Both the position numbers and the translations under genes were made by a program. 64,000 bases of DNA, from assembly GCA_028355015.1 (NCBI GenBank), contig JAOMRN010000001.1:193229-257228 (forward strand), read 5' to 3'. Below, one piece after another: positions 1-7,441 of this stretch. How positions within the stretch are numbered: the stretch's first letter is position 1; each line of letters begins with the position of its first letter. Source of the DNA: Methanobacteriota archaeon. Lineage in GTDB: Archaea; Thermoplasmatota; Poseidoniia; Poseidoniales; Thalassarchaeaceae. A model generated the notes under the pieces. The model did no database searches, was not told where the DNA came from, and worked only from the letters and a program-made list of their open reading frames with translations.

Positions 1-2052
1 TACATTGAAGAAAGCAGCTAGATGCCACCAATAATTTCCATTGATTGTTTTTGATACTGATGTATTAGGGGCACACAAATCAAATCCTTCGAATAATTTC
101 TCCATTTCATCAACTGTACTTATTGAAACTCCACTTTCACATACCTTCCCAAATATGTCTAGTCTTTCTTGGGGGTCATTTCCATACAAGCTAGGTGAAT
201 CAAAAGCAACTGATAGTCGGTTGAAATCTTGATCTTTGGATAGGAAATGGTATCTTTTGTTTGTTCTCTCTGCACTACCTTCTCCTGCAAACATTCTGAC
301 AGGTAACTCATCTTGTCTCTTGAATGGGAAAACACCTCCAGTGTAAGGGAATGAACCTGGCATGTTTTCTTTCCTAATCCATTGTAGAGTATCTCCCCAG
401 TCGCTATAATCTGGTAATGCAACTCTAGGCATATCTAATCCAGAAAGCGTAGTTTTGGTTGTTTTAACTGGGATATTTTTGTTTCTAACTGTGTAACTAG
501 TTGCCCCGGAACGATATTCCTCTGCTTTGGTTCTAAAATTGTCTAAACTTTCCCAAGCACCCTCAGGTATCTCTGAGCGAATAGTATCTGCTTCTTCTCT
601 GAGTCCTTCAGCCGCAGTTTTATTCTTCTTTAATTTCATTTGTTCTGATGCTGCTTCTAATTGTTGAACCAGCCTTATCTTTGAAGAAACCTCTTCAGTT
701 CTAGAATGATAATTTCTGATAGTGCTTGAAACTTCAGCCAAGTAACCCTGTCTTTCCGGAGGTATTGGTGAAGATCGATGTGGTAGACCGTCTGCTCCTA
801 ATCTTGGCTCTGCTGCTGAAAATGATTGAGAATATTTTTCATTTAGTAAATTGCAAAGTTTCTGCCATAATTGGTCAACTCCTGCATCTGCAAATTGACT
901 AGCAATGGTTGGAACGACTGGTAGGTCAGAATTCTCTGTATCCCACATCTCTCTATTTCTTTTGAACTGTTTACGGATTTCTGCAAGTGCATCTTCTGCT
1001 CCTGGCCTATCAAACTTATTCAGAACTACAATATCTGCTGAATCTAACATCTCTAACTTTTCTAATTGGCTAGGTGCTCCATATTCTCTTGTTGTTACAT
1101 ACAAAGAAATATCTGCAACTTCGGTAATTGCGTCATTACCTTGTCCAATTCCACTAGTTTCAACAACTACCAGATCAAATCCAACAGCCTTACAGGCTTC
1201 GATAGAGCGACCTATACAATCTGCAATTTCTCTACCACTATCTCTGCTAGCAAATGAGCGCATGAATAGATTTTCATCAGATAATGAATTCATCCTAATT
1301 CTATCTCCTAGTAAAGCTCCTCCTGTTCTTTTACGTGTAGGGTCTGTGGCTAGTAAGGCTATTTTAGTCCCTGGATTATCCCTTTGTATCCTTAACATCA
1401 ATTCATCAGTAAGACTTGATTTTCCAGCACCTCCAGTTCCAGTCAGACCGACGACTGGACATTTCGAACCATCAGTTGATCTAACTTTGTTCAGAACTTC
1501 ATTGAATATTTCTTCATCTGCATTTTCAGCTAATGTGAGTAATTTTGATACTGAACCGTGATTATCTGCAGAGATTGGTTTTTTCAGATTTTCAAACCTT
1601 ACTGGGTCAAGTAAGTTATTTTTTGAAGCCCTTTCTATAGCATCAGATACCATACCTGTAAGCCCTAATTCTCTACCGTCTTCAGGAGAGTATATTTTCG
1701 CTATATTAGAATCAAGTAAGTACTGTATTTCACTAGGAAGAATTGTTCCTCCTCCTCCGCCTACTAAACTAACATGGCCAAAATCTGCCTCGTCTAATAT
1801 CTGTTTAGTATGGGTAAACATTTCTACAGCTCCTCCCTGATATGAAGTAATTGCAACACAATGTGCATCTTCCTGAATAGCAGCTCTAGCTACCTCATCT
1901 GCTCCTCTGTCATGACCTAAGTGAATTACTTCACAACCCATTGACTGGAAAATACGTCTGAAGATGCCAATTGCAGCATCATGACCATCGAATATAGCCG
2001 CTGCTGTAATGATTCTCAGCGGAGTTCCACCTGTCTCGGCAGACTTTTGCAT
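1..2052 (-). CDS. icmF: Fused isobutyryl-CoA mutase (IcmF-type: B12-binding domain + MeaB-like G-protein + mutase catalytic domain). The C-terminus runs off the window start.
   Basis: Absent from the ORF track because it has no stop in the window. My own translation from the ATG (complement of 2050-2052) gives MQKSAETGGTPLRIITAAAIFDGHDAAIGIFRR..GCEVIHLGHDR (B12-binding). Next come VVGLTGTGGAGKSSL, VVETSGIGQ and LNKFD (P-loop GTPase G1/G3/G4). Then FPYTGGVFPFKR..RMFAGEG..RYHFL..LSVAFDSPSLYG (acyl-CoA mutase core). The frame stays open for all 684 codons down to nt 1. Confidence 0.85.
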   Translation of the reverse strand, partial: MQKSAETGGTPLRIITAAAIFDGHDAAIGIFRRIFQSMGCEVIHLGHDRGADEVARAAIQEDAHCVAITSYQGGAVEMFTHTKQILDEADFGHVSLVGGGGGTILPSEIQYLLDSNIAKIYSPEDGRELGLTGMVSDAIERASKNNLLDPVRFENLKKPISADNHGSVSKLLTLAENADEEIFNEVLNKVRSTDGSKCPVVGLTGTGGAGKSSLTDELMLRIQRDNPGTKIALLATDPTRKRTGGALLGDRIRMNSLSDENLFMRSFASRDSGREIADCIGRSIEACKAVGFDLVVVETSGIGQGNDAITEVADISLYVTTREYGAPSQLEKLEMLDSADIVVLNKFDRPGAEDALAEIRKQFKRNREMWDTENSDLPVVPTIASQFADAGVDQLWQKLCNLLNEKYSQSFSAAEPRLGADGLPHRSSPIPPERQGYLAEVSSTIRNYHSRTEEVSSKIRLVQQLEAASEQMKLKKNKTAAEGLREEADTIRSEIPEGAWESLDNFRTKAEEYRSGATSYTVRNKNIPVKTTKTTLSGLDMPRVALPDYSDWGDTLQWIRKENMPGSFPYTGGVFPFKRQDELPVRMFAGEGSAERTNKRYHFLSKDQDFNRLSVAFDSPSLYGNDPQERLDIFGKVCESGVSISTVDEMEKLFEGFDLCAPNTSVSKTINGNYWWHLAAFFNV

Positions 2053-2058
2053 GAACTC

Positions 2059-2075
2059 GGGACACTACGTGTCCC
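2059..2075. other. Perfect 7-bp inverted repeat GGGACAC-TAC-GTGTCCC, between the stop of the 187-aa ORF and the icmF start codon
   Basis: Read directly: gggacac tac gtgtccc, ending 6 nt from the icmF ATG on the minus strand. The function (operator, RNA hairpin or terminator of the upstream gene) is not established. Confidence 0.4.
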
Positions 2076-2093
2076 ATTTAATCCGCCGATTGC

Positions 2094-2657
2094 CTACTTT
2101 TGCAAATTTATACTAATCAAGGGTTCTTGTTCATTTCTTATTGGGGCATAATTGGAGTCCATTAATGCCTTGAAACCTTCAGTTTCTTCGTCTAAATATT
2201 CAGGTTTTATGTTCACGAATCTTTTCAACATCCCTACATATGATTCGTACGCTTGGATATTTTCAATCATTGATTTTTTAATTGATTCCATAAATTCTTT
2301 TTCTTCTGAAATATTGGCTCTCGTCTTAACTTCGAAAGCACCGTTATCGTTCATTCTGAAATCATGTGTAGAGTTACCTTGATTGATTTTATTCACTAAA
2401 TGTTGAACTATGTCTGATATCTCATTTCCTATCTTCCAAGAAGACCTAGATTGAACTTCATACATTCCGTCTTTTTCGAAGTTGAGTAAAATTTCCCAGA
2501 TATCCTTCGGACTTTCAAAACTGGCATTAATGCCTCTATTTTTTGAATCTAATTCTAGATCTTTCCATCCTAGTTCTCGTAGCCCATCAACGGTTCTTCG
2601 ATACGCTTCGATTGAGTCTAGAGCCCCATCAACTGACATTCTAATCGTATTCTCCAT
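2094..2657 (-). CDS. Hypothetical protein, 187 aa, acidic, no cysteine; transcribed divergently from the Ubl gene
   Basis: Long ORF with shorter antisense shadow ORFs. No motif I recognise. The lack of cysteine argues against an E2-like enzyme. Confidence 0.6.
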   Translation of the reverse strand: MENTIRMSVDGALDSIEAYRRTVDGLRELGWKDLELDSKNRGINASFESPKDIWEILLNFEKDGMYEVQSRSSWKIGNEISDIVQHLVNKINQGNSTHDFRMNDNGAFEVKTRANISEEKEFMESIKKSMIENIQAYESYVGMLKRFVNIKPEYLDEETEGFKALMDSNYAPIRNEQEPLISINLQK

Positions 2658-2763
2658 ATTTCATTCTGTTATCTAAGTATGTATCACTCCTCCAGAGAAA
2701 GGTAATTTTCCTGAACAGTTCATATACTCTTAGATTGAATATTACTTATGTCTGCGCCCGGAC

Positions 2764-2771
2764 ATAAAATA
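2764..2771 (+). promoter_or_regulatory. TATA-like element (ATAAAATA) about 27 nt upstream of the Ubl ATG
   Basis: Sequence ggacATAAAATAgggaag. The spacing would give a leaderless or very short-leader transcript, as is common in archaea. AT-rich background makes chance occurrence likely. Confidence 0.25.
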
Positions 2772-2797
2772 GGGAAGCAAGTAGAAGTCATAAATTA

Positions 2798-3028
2798 ATG
2801 GAGGAGCAGTCAATGGACGATATCAAGACAAATGTAGAAATCGCCGACAGAACTGGACATTCATCCCTTTCGCTAACGAAGAAAGAGACACTAGATCTCA
2901 TCGAAGGCAATCAGGGATCTTGGATTTATCAAAATAACCGAATGGTACAAGCAAGTGATATTGCTGATGCTAATTGGGCCGATGTTGGTACAATCCGAAT
3001 AATGCCAGGTCTGACGGGCGGACAATGA
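2798..3028 (+). CDS. Small ubiquitin-like / ThiS-MoaD-SAMP-like protein (76 aa) with C-terminal ...RIMPGLTGG-Q
   Basis: Ubiquitin-sized ORF. Its C-terminal pattern is hydrophobic strand + P + GG (G74 G75 at 3017-3022) followed by a single Gln and the stop. It lies directly upstream of an E1-JAB gene. An alternative ATG at 2813 is preceded by GGAGG. Confidence 0.55.
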   Translation: MEEQSMDDIKTNVEIADRTGHSSLSLTKKETLDLIEGNQGSWIYQNNRMVQASDIADANWADVGTIRIMPGLTGGQ

Positions 3029-3065
3029 AATATGCTAGTTAGTATAAGTCGGAATTTCAAAGAAG

Positions 3066-3087
3066 ATGGATGGTCTTTTCCATCCAT
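3066..3087 (+). other. Perfect 8-bp stem / 6-nt loop inverted repeat (ATGGATGG-TCTTTT-CCATCCAT) between the Ubl and E1-JAB genes
   Basis: Read directly from the sequence in the 108-nt intergenic spacer. The loop is U-rich. Confidence 0.5.
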
Positions 3088-3136
3088 TATCTCAGTGGTG
3101 TAGAACAATGACTGCCGAATTGGTGCGAGGCCAATA

Positions 3137-4366
3137 ATGTCGAAAGGAAGTAAAAATATGATTAAAAAAAGTGAATTGATAATTGGAATAATAGGGGCAG
3201 GAGGTATAGGTTCTAACTTAACCTCTGTTCTTTACCCTACTTTACAGCAAGGTGATTTAATTGAAAGATTGGGTGATATAAGGATACGTATATATGATTC
3301 AGACATAGTAGAAAAAAGTAATTTGCCACATCAAAATTTCACGATTTCAGATGTTGGAGCTTTGAAAGTTATCAGCTTATGTAATCGTCTCTGGTCGAAC
3401 ACTGATAAATCCTTTACAGATGGACCAAATATCATTTTAGATCCATCTCCATGGGACATCAGGGTAAAGAGCGATTTAGATGAATGTGACTTAGTAGTCG
3501 TAGCAGTTGATTCTCATCAAGCTCGTAAAGTGGTTCATGAAAACTGTGAATCTTGGTTGGACTTACGATGTTTAGGCGATGGGTATATTGCGATAGATAA
3601 CACTGTTGATACTTCAGTAGTCTCTCAATTAACTCCTAATCAGGAGTCGCAGTCTTGCCAATTTGAAGGGGCGATTGAATCTGGAAATATACAGTTCGGA
3701 TATATGTCTGCGGCTGCTCATGGTGCGCAATGGGTCATCCAGTCTTTACGTATTATTTCGGGTGAGGCCAACGCCCAAAGACCTCTTCCTCAGATTTCAA
3801 ATATTACTTTTGGTACTGCTGCCAGATTAGAACAAGGAATAACTGATTCAAATAATGAGGCCCTGGATTCTTCAATATCGCCACATATTCATTCTCAATT
3901 AGAGATAGATAAGATGGTAAAATCTGGAAATCATGATTCTATAGTAATTAAGGAAACATTAGCAGCTTTCGCTGAGAAAAAGGATTGGATATCTCTTTGG
4001 TCTTTGGCAAATGAATTAGGTCGAGAGGTCAGTATATTATATGATCAAGAATTAACTATGTGGGTCGATATCGGCACTTCTGGACGCGTAGAGTTATCTC
4101 CTCCAATAGGATCTTTGACTCCCTATAAACTCTGGATACACACACATCCGAGAGATGCTTATTGGTCATCTACCGATAAAGATACAATTGCTATATATTC
4201 GGAAATTTTAGATGAGGCTATTGTCCTTGGTCATGACCACTTCAAAAGAACAATAAAATCGGATGACCAACACTTTGATTTCCTTGAAGACTTTGGGCCA
4301 TTAAGTCGATGGACTGATGAAATAATATGTGAATATTCTATGTCCGAGGTTTCAGAATGCCAATAG
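3137..4366 (+). CDS. E1-like (ThiF/MoeB/UbaA-family adenylation domain) fused to a C-terminal JAMM/MPN+ (JAB) metalloprotease domain, 409 aa
   Basis: N-terminal half: IIGAGGIGSN (3194-3214), IRIYDSDIVEKSNLPHQ (the D-x-D..SNL-x-x-Q E1 signature, with His where Arg is usual), and VVAVDSHQARK (Mg/ATP Asp). C-terminal part: ELGREVSIL (conserved Glu strand) and WIHTHPRDAYWSSTDKD (HxH..S..D zinc site; the His codons start at 4139). Confidence 0.75.
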   Translation: MSKGSKNMIKKSELIIGIIGAGGIGSNLTSVLYPTLQQGDLIERLGDIRIRIYDSDIVEKSNLPHQNFTISDVGALKVISLCNRLWSNTDKSFTDGPNIILDPSPWDIRVKSDLDECDLVVVAVDSHQARKVVHENCESWLDLRCLGDGYIAIDNTVDTSVVSQLTPNQESQSCQFEGAIESGNIQFGYMSAAAHGAQWVIQSLRIISGEANAQRPLPQISNITFGTAARLEQGITDSNNEALDSSISPHIHSQLEIDKMVKSGNHDSIVIKETLAAFAEKKDWISLWSLANELGREVSILYDQELTMWVDIGTSGRVELSPPIGSLTPYKLWIHTHPRDAYWSSTDKDTIAIYSEILDEAIVLGHDHFKRTIKSDDQHFDFLEDFGPLSRWTDEIICEYSMSEVSECQ

Positions 4367-4590
4367 ATGATGAAGAGTCAGTCAAAAGGTTGAATCATTT
4401 ACTTGACTCTTCAGATAAAAAATCAATAGGTATAGATTCGATAATAAATACGATAATAGGGGAAGATGCGGACGATGAAATCAAACAACTGGTGAAGATA
4501 GCTTTAGATAATTTTGGTGCAGGAATTACAATGAAGGAACTTGCAGAAGGTGTGATGAATTTATACAAATGGAGGGAATCTCAATGTTGA
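4357..4590 (+). CDS. Small acidic, probably helical protein (77 aa), translationally coupled to E1-JAB
   Basis: Its ATG at 4357 overlaps the E1-JAB stop (4364-4366) by 10 nt. No recognisable motif. A single Cys is the last residue. Confidence 0.5.
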   Translation: MPIDDEESVKRLNHLLDSSDKKSIGIDSIINTIIGEDADDEIKQLVKIALDNFGAGITMKELAEGVMNLYKWRESQC

Positions 4591-4689
4591 TCAGTGAATA
4601 CTGTAAATCTCTTAGTCCAAAACGTTATTTTTATCGTAAAAGTAAAAATCTCGCTCTTTCTAATTTTGTAATAAATTGGGTAGACATTG

Positions 4690-5817
4690 ATGCATAAGAC
4701 CGCAAAGTTTAAGCGCCTTGGACATAACCTCGTAAGTCCGGTAAAGAGACCTACCTATTTGGGACTGGAGTGTTCTCCCTTTTCGGGCCTTGAGGCGATT
4801 AAGATGTGCGGTACAGATAGAGAAAATAGTAGAATAAATAGTAGAGAAAATTGTGAAGAATGTGGGAGTAAATCGATAGAAGAAGGTGTCTCACATTATC
4901 ATTGCGGTAATTGTGGGATTCAACTTGAATCATTAAAGTATGACACTTGCTATACCTTTCCTAGCGAGGTTAAAACTACAAGAAGAACGAATAGTTCTTC
5001 TGATTTAGGTAGCCAGATAGGTATTGATAAGAGTAGTTCCTATCAATCAAGGAGATTAGCTGCTCTTCAAGATAGACATTCTCGTAGAAATCTTAGCTAT
5101 ACAGATAAGATAGTTAAAGAGGCGGAGATTGCTAATTTATCTCCATCAATTTGCCTTAAGGTTGCGGATATAATTTCCAAAGCTAATAGCCGAATGGAAT
5201 TAACTCATAACAGAGATGGCATGATTGGTTTACAGTTAATATCTACTAGAGAAGATAGGTCTCAGTATAGGCGTAGAGTATATGCTATCGCTGCTTTAGA
5301 GCTCTTGAACCGTAATTTAGAATCGGAAGCAATTCAAGTATTAGAAATTGCATCAGAATGGGGCATCGACAAAAGTGATATTTCCCAGGCGATTAAACTA
5401 ATCAATAAAGTTTCAATATCTGTAAATGACTGCCTTTCAGTTAGCGATATGAATAATCAAACAAAGGACCCATCTATCATCAGAAACGATGAACTAAATC
5501 ATTTTCTTTTCAATTTCCAAGATCATCTTTGTGAGATTATCAATTTTGATTCTGCCAAAGGAATAATTGCCTCAGCCATTGAAATACTTTCTAAAGAAGG
5601 TGAGCCTATTGGCAATGCATCTTTCATTAACAATGAAGGGAAATATCGTAATATGTCTCCTCAAAAAGCTTCCATGGAAACAATAATCGATTCTATGATT
5701 CATCTTGGATATTCGGATGAGATAATTAAGTGCTTCTTCAATAAAAAACCTGTACCTGGTATGACTTGGGTTAACTCTAGGCTGGGCCGACGTCGTCGAG
5801 CTCTCGTTGAAGATTAG
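4690..5817 (+). CDS. Divergent transcription factor B (TFB/TFIIB)-like protein
   Basis: Zinc ribbon CEECGS..x13..CGNCG (4852-4917). Next come GSQIG and RRLAALQDRHSRRNLSYTDKIVKEAEIANLSPSICLKVADIISKA, which resemble the B-linker and the start of the first cyclin fold. Then RRRVYAIAALELLNR..VLEIASEWGIDKSDISQAIKLI. The track start at 4687 is TTG; ATG codons lie at 4690 and 4804 (the latter preceded by GAGG), so the true start is uncertain. Confidence 0.5.
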   Translation: MHKTAKFKRLGHNLVSPVKRPTYLGLECSPFSGLEAIKMCGTDRENSRINSRENCEECGSKSIEEGVSHYHCGNCGIQLESLKYDTCYTFPSEVKTTRRTNSSSDLGSQIGIDKSSSYQSRRLAALQDRHSRRNLSYTDKIVKEAEIANLSPSICLKVADIISKANSRMELTHNRDGMIGLQLISTREDRSQYRRRVYAIAALELLNRNLESEAIQVLEIASEWGIDKSDISQAIKLINKVSISVNDCLSVSDMNNQTKDPSIIRNDELNHFLFNFQDHLCEIINFDSAKGIIASAIEILSKEGEPIGNASFINNEGKYRNMSPQKASMETIIDSMIHLGYSDEIIKCFFNKKPVPGMTWVNSRLGRRRRALVED

Positions 5818-7441
5818 CAATTCTCATTGTAACCTCATTCATTTGTTCTTCTCTGATTTGAGCCCCTCCTGGATCTAAATCATCTGCGTCTCTATTGATA
5901 ATTTGTAATCTTTCTCTCAATGCGACCATTTGTTCCAAATAATTTCTATTAACGTCAAACCTTTCTCTCAAATTATCATTTTTATCTTCTCTACGTTTGT
6001 GTCTTTCAAATCTCGAAAGATAATTATCCAATGTGTTTATATTTTTTCTTGACGTTTTATCATTAAGAAGAGCCATCACAATACTCCCTATTGCATCTCC
6101 AATTACCAGTTTACGTAGACTTGGATCTTCTACAATACAGAGTTCTCTTACTAGCCCATTCCTTTCTCTTTCCATACGTTGCACATTCTCTCTTCTTAAT
6201 ATCAAACTATTGATTTGTCCTTCAATTATATCTTGTTCTGAAATAGGTTCCGCAGTTACTCTGAATCTGGATTGATGTGGACCACGCCCTGGTATAACAG
6301 CATACTTAACTCCTAATTCTCCTGTGACCTCTATTCTCTTCCCTCCTTTCAGGACTACCTTTCCATCTGACTGGTCTATTATTCCTCTAAGGAATTTAAT
6401 GCCATTAATATCTGGATTTGATATTATATTTCTTTCAATATCACAGAATAAGTAATATTGTAGGCATTCGAGTTTCATTCTATTCTCATGACCGGGCGTA
6501 CTAAGGCTCCAATTAACTAATGTCGACCATATATTCAGGTCTCTAGGAACTCTTATTTTTCTCCAGGTATCATTTCTTCGAACCCTTATCATAAGTCTTC
6601 CTTTATCTACTATTAATGACCTAGGTGCCTTATATCCTTTGATGAACATTCTTGTTCGGTCTGACAATATTTTCGACCAGTTTTCCAACCAATAATTCCT
6701 ATCTCCATTCTTCAGAAGTGAATGTTGTATGAAATTAAATACTCTTTTATTATCTATTAGATCTAGGTTGTTTATTGGATGTTTAATGAGATTCTTATCT
6801 CCAATCTTAGTAAAACCTCTCGCCCAGTGCCAAGCATTAGGCTTGTTATCTAAATATTTATTCTCAGTAGCTAAGGAAATTGAGTATAATAGAATTTTCC
6901 AACTGAATGTATTATTCTGATTTTTTTCTAGAACCTCTCTTAAGTCTCTGTATGGTAATCTAATAACTTCGCCATCTAAGAAAAAGTTACCTGAAATCCA
7001 AGATAAATGGCTCCCATCTGGTAAAACCCATCCTCTCTGCAGCCTTTTCATATCATTTATTTCTTCAATTTTATATTCTCTAATTATATCCCGAAATATC
7101 CTTTCATCTTCCTTTGAAAATATTGTCTCAGTATCTTTCCTTTCTCGGTTCCAGTCGAAGATTCTTGTTTGTAATTTCTCAACTCTACTATCTAATGCCC
7201 AATCTCTGTTTTCTAAATCCAAAAGATTGAATGATTTCCAAACCTTTCTGATATCCGAAGAAGGGTTCCCAATGCTTTCTCTTAGTTCATCTGCTTTTTT
7301 CTTATCTGGAATCCAATCTAAGCTATATCCTGTAATTTTAGGCACTAGAAGTGTGCATATCTCACACCATATCTGAGTTTTACTGCTTTCTCCACAAGCT
7401 ACGCATTCACTCATTTTGTTCACCATTTTTATTTTGTTCAA
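5777..7441 (-). CDS. Zinc-ribbon protein of unknown function, paralogue A (554 aa)
   Basis: N-terminal CVACG..x9..CEIC. Co-linear with the upstream 579-aa ORF through shared motifs PDGS, W(K/S)..ILL, LCI..DP and GDAIGSIVMALLNDKTSRKNINTLDNYL. C-terminal charged coiled-coil-like tail. The 3' end overlaps the TFB-like gene convergently by 41 nt. Confidence 0.7.
   Translation of the reverse strand: MNKIKMVNKMSECVACGESSKTQIWCEICTLLVPKITGYSLDWIPDKKKADELRESIGNPSSDIRKVWKSFNLLDLENRDWALDSRVEKLQTRIFDWNRERKDTETIFSKEDERIFRDIIREYKIEEINDMKRLQRGWVLPDGSHLSWISGNFFLDGEVIRLPYRDLREVLEKNQNNTFSWKILLYSISLATENKYLDNKPNAWHWARGFTKIGDKNLIKHPINNLDLIDNKRVFNFIQHSLLKNGDRNYWLENWSKILSDRTRMFIKGYKAPRSLIVDKGRLMIRVRRNDTWRKIRVPRDLNIWSTLVNWSLSTPGHENRMKLECLQYYLFCDIERNIISNPDINGIKFLRGIIDQSDGKVVLKGGKRIEVTGELGVKYAVIPGRGPHQSRFRVTAEPISEQDIIEGQINSLILRRENVQRMERERNGLVRELCIVEDPSLRKLVIGDAIGSIVMALLNDKTSRKNINTLDNYLSRFERHKRREDKNDNLRERFDVNRNYLEQMVALRERLQIINRDADDLDPGGAQIREEQMNEVTMRIANLQRELDDVGPA

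Noticed and set aside
905-1561. Track ORFs on the + strand (905-1561, 1066-1257, 41-232) and the minus ORF 159-422 in another frame
   Set aside because: They lie inside the open 684-codon icmF reading frame on the minus strand, which has unmistakable mutase and MeaB motifs. Their translations are low-complexity Ser/Leu-rich shadows.
3066-3137. 23-codon uORF (MDGLFHPLSQWCRTMTAELVRGQ) whose stop overlaps the E1-JAB ATG (TAATG)
   Set aside because: It is too short to support from sequence alone. Its first codons are simply the stem of the hairpin, and there is no SD. It could only be validated by ribosome profiling.
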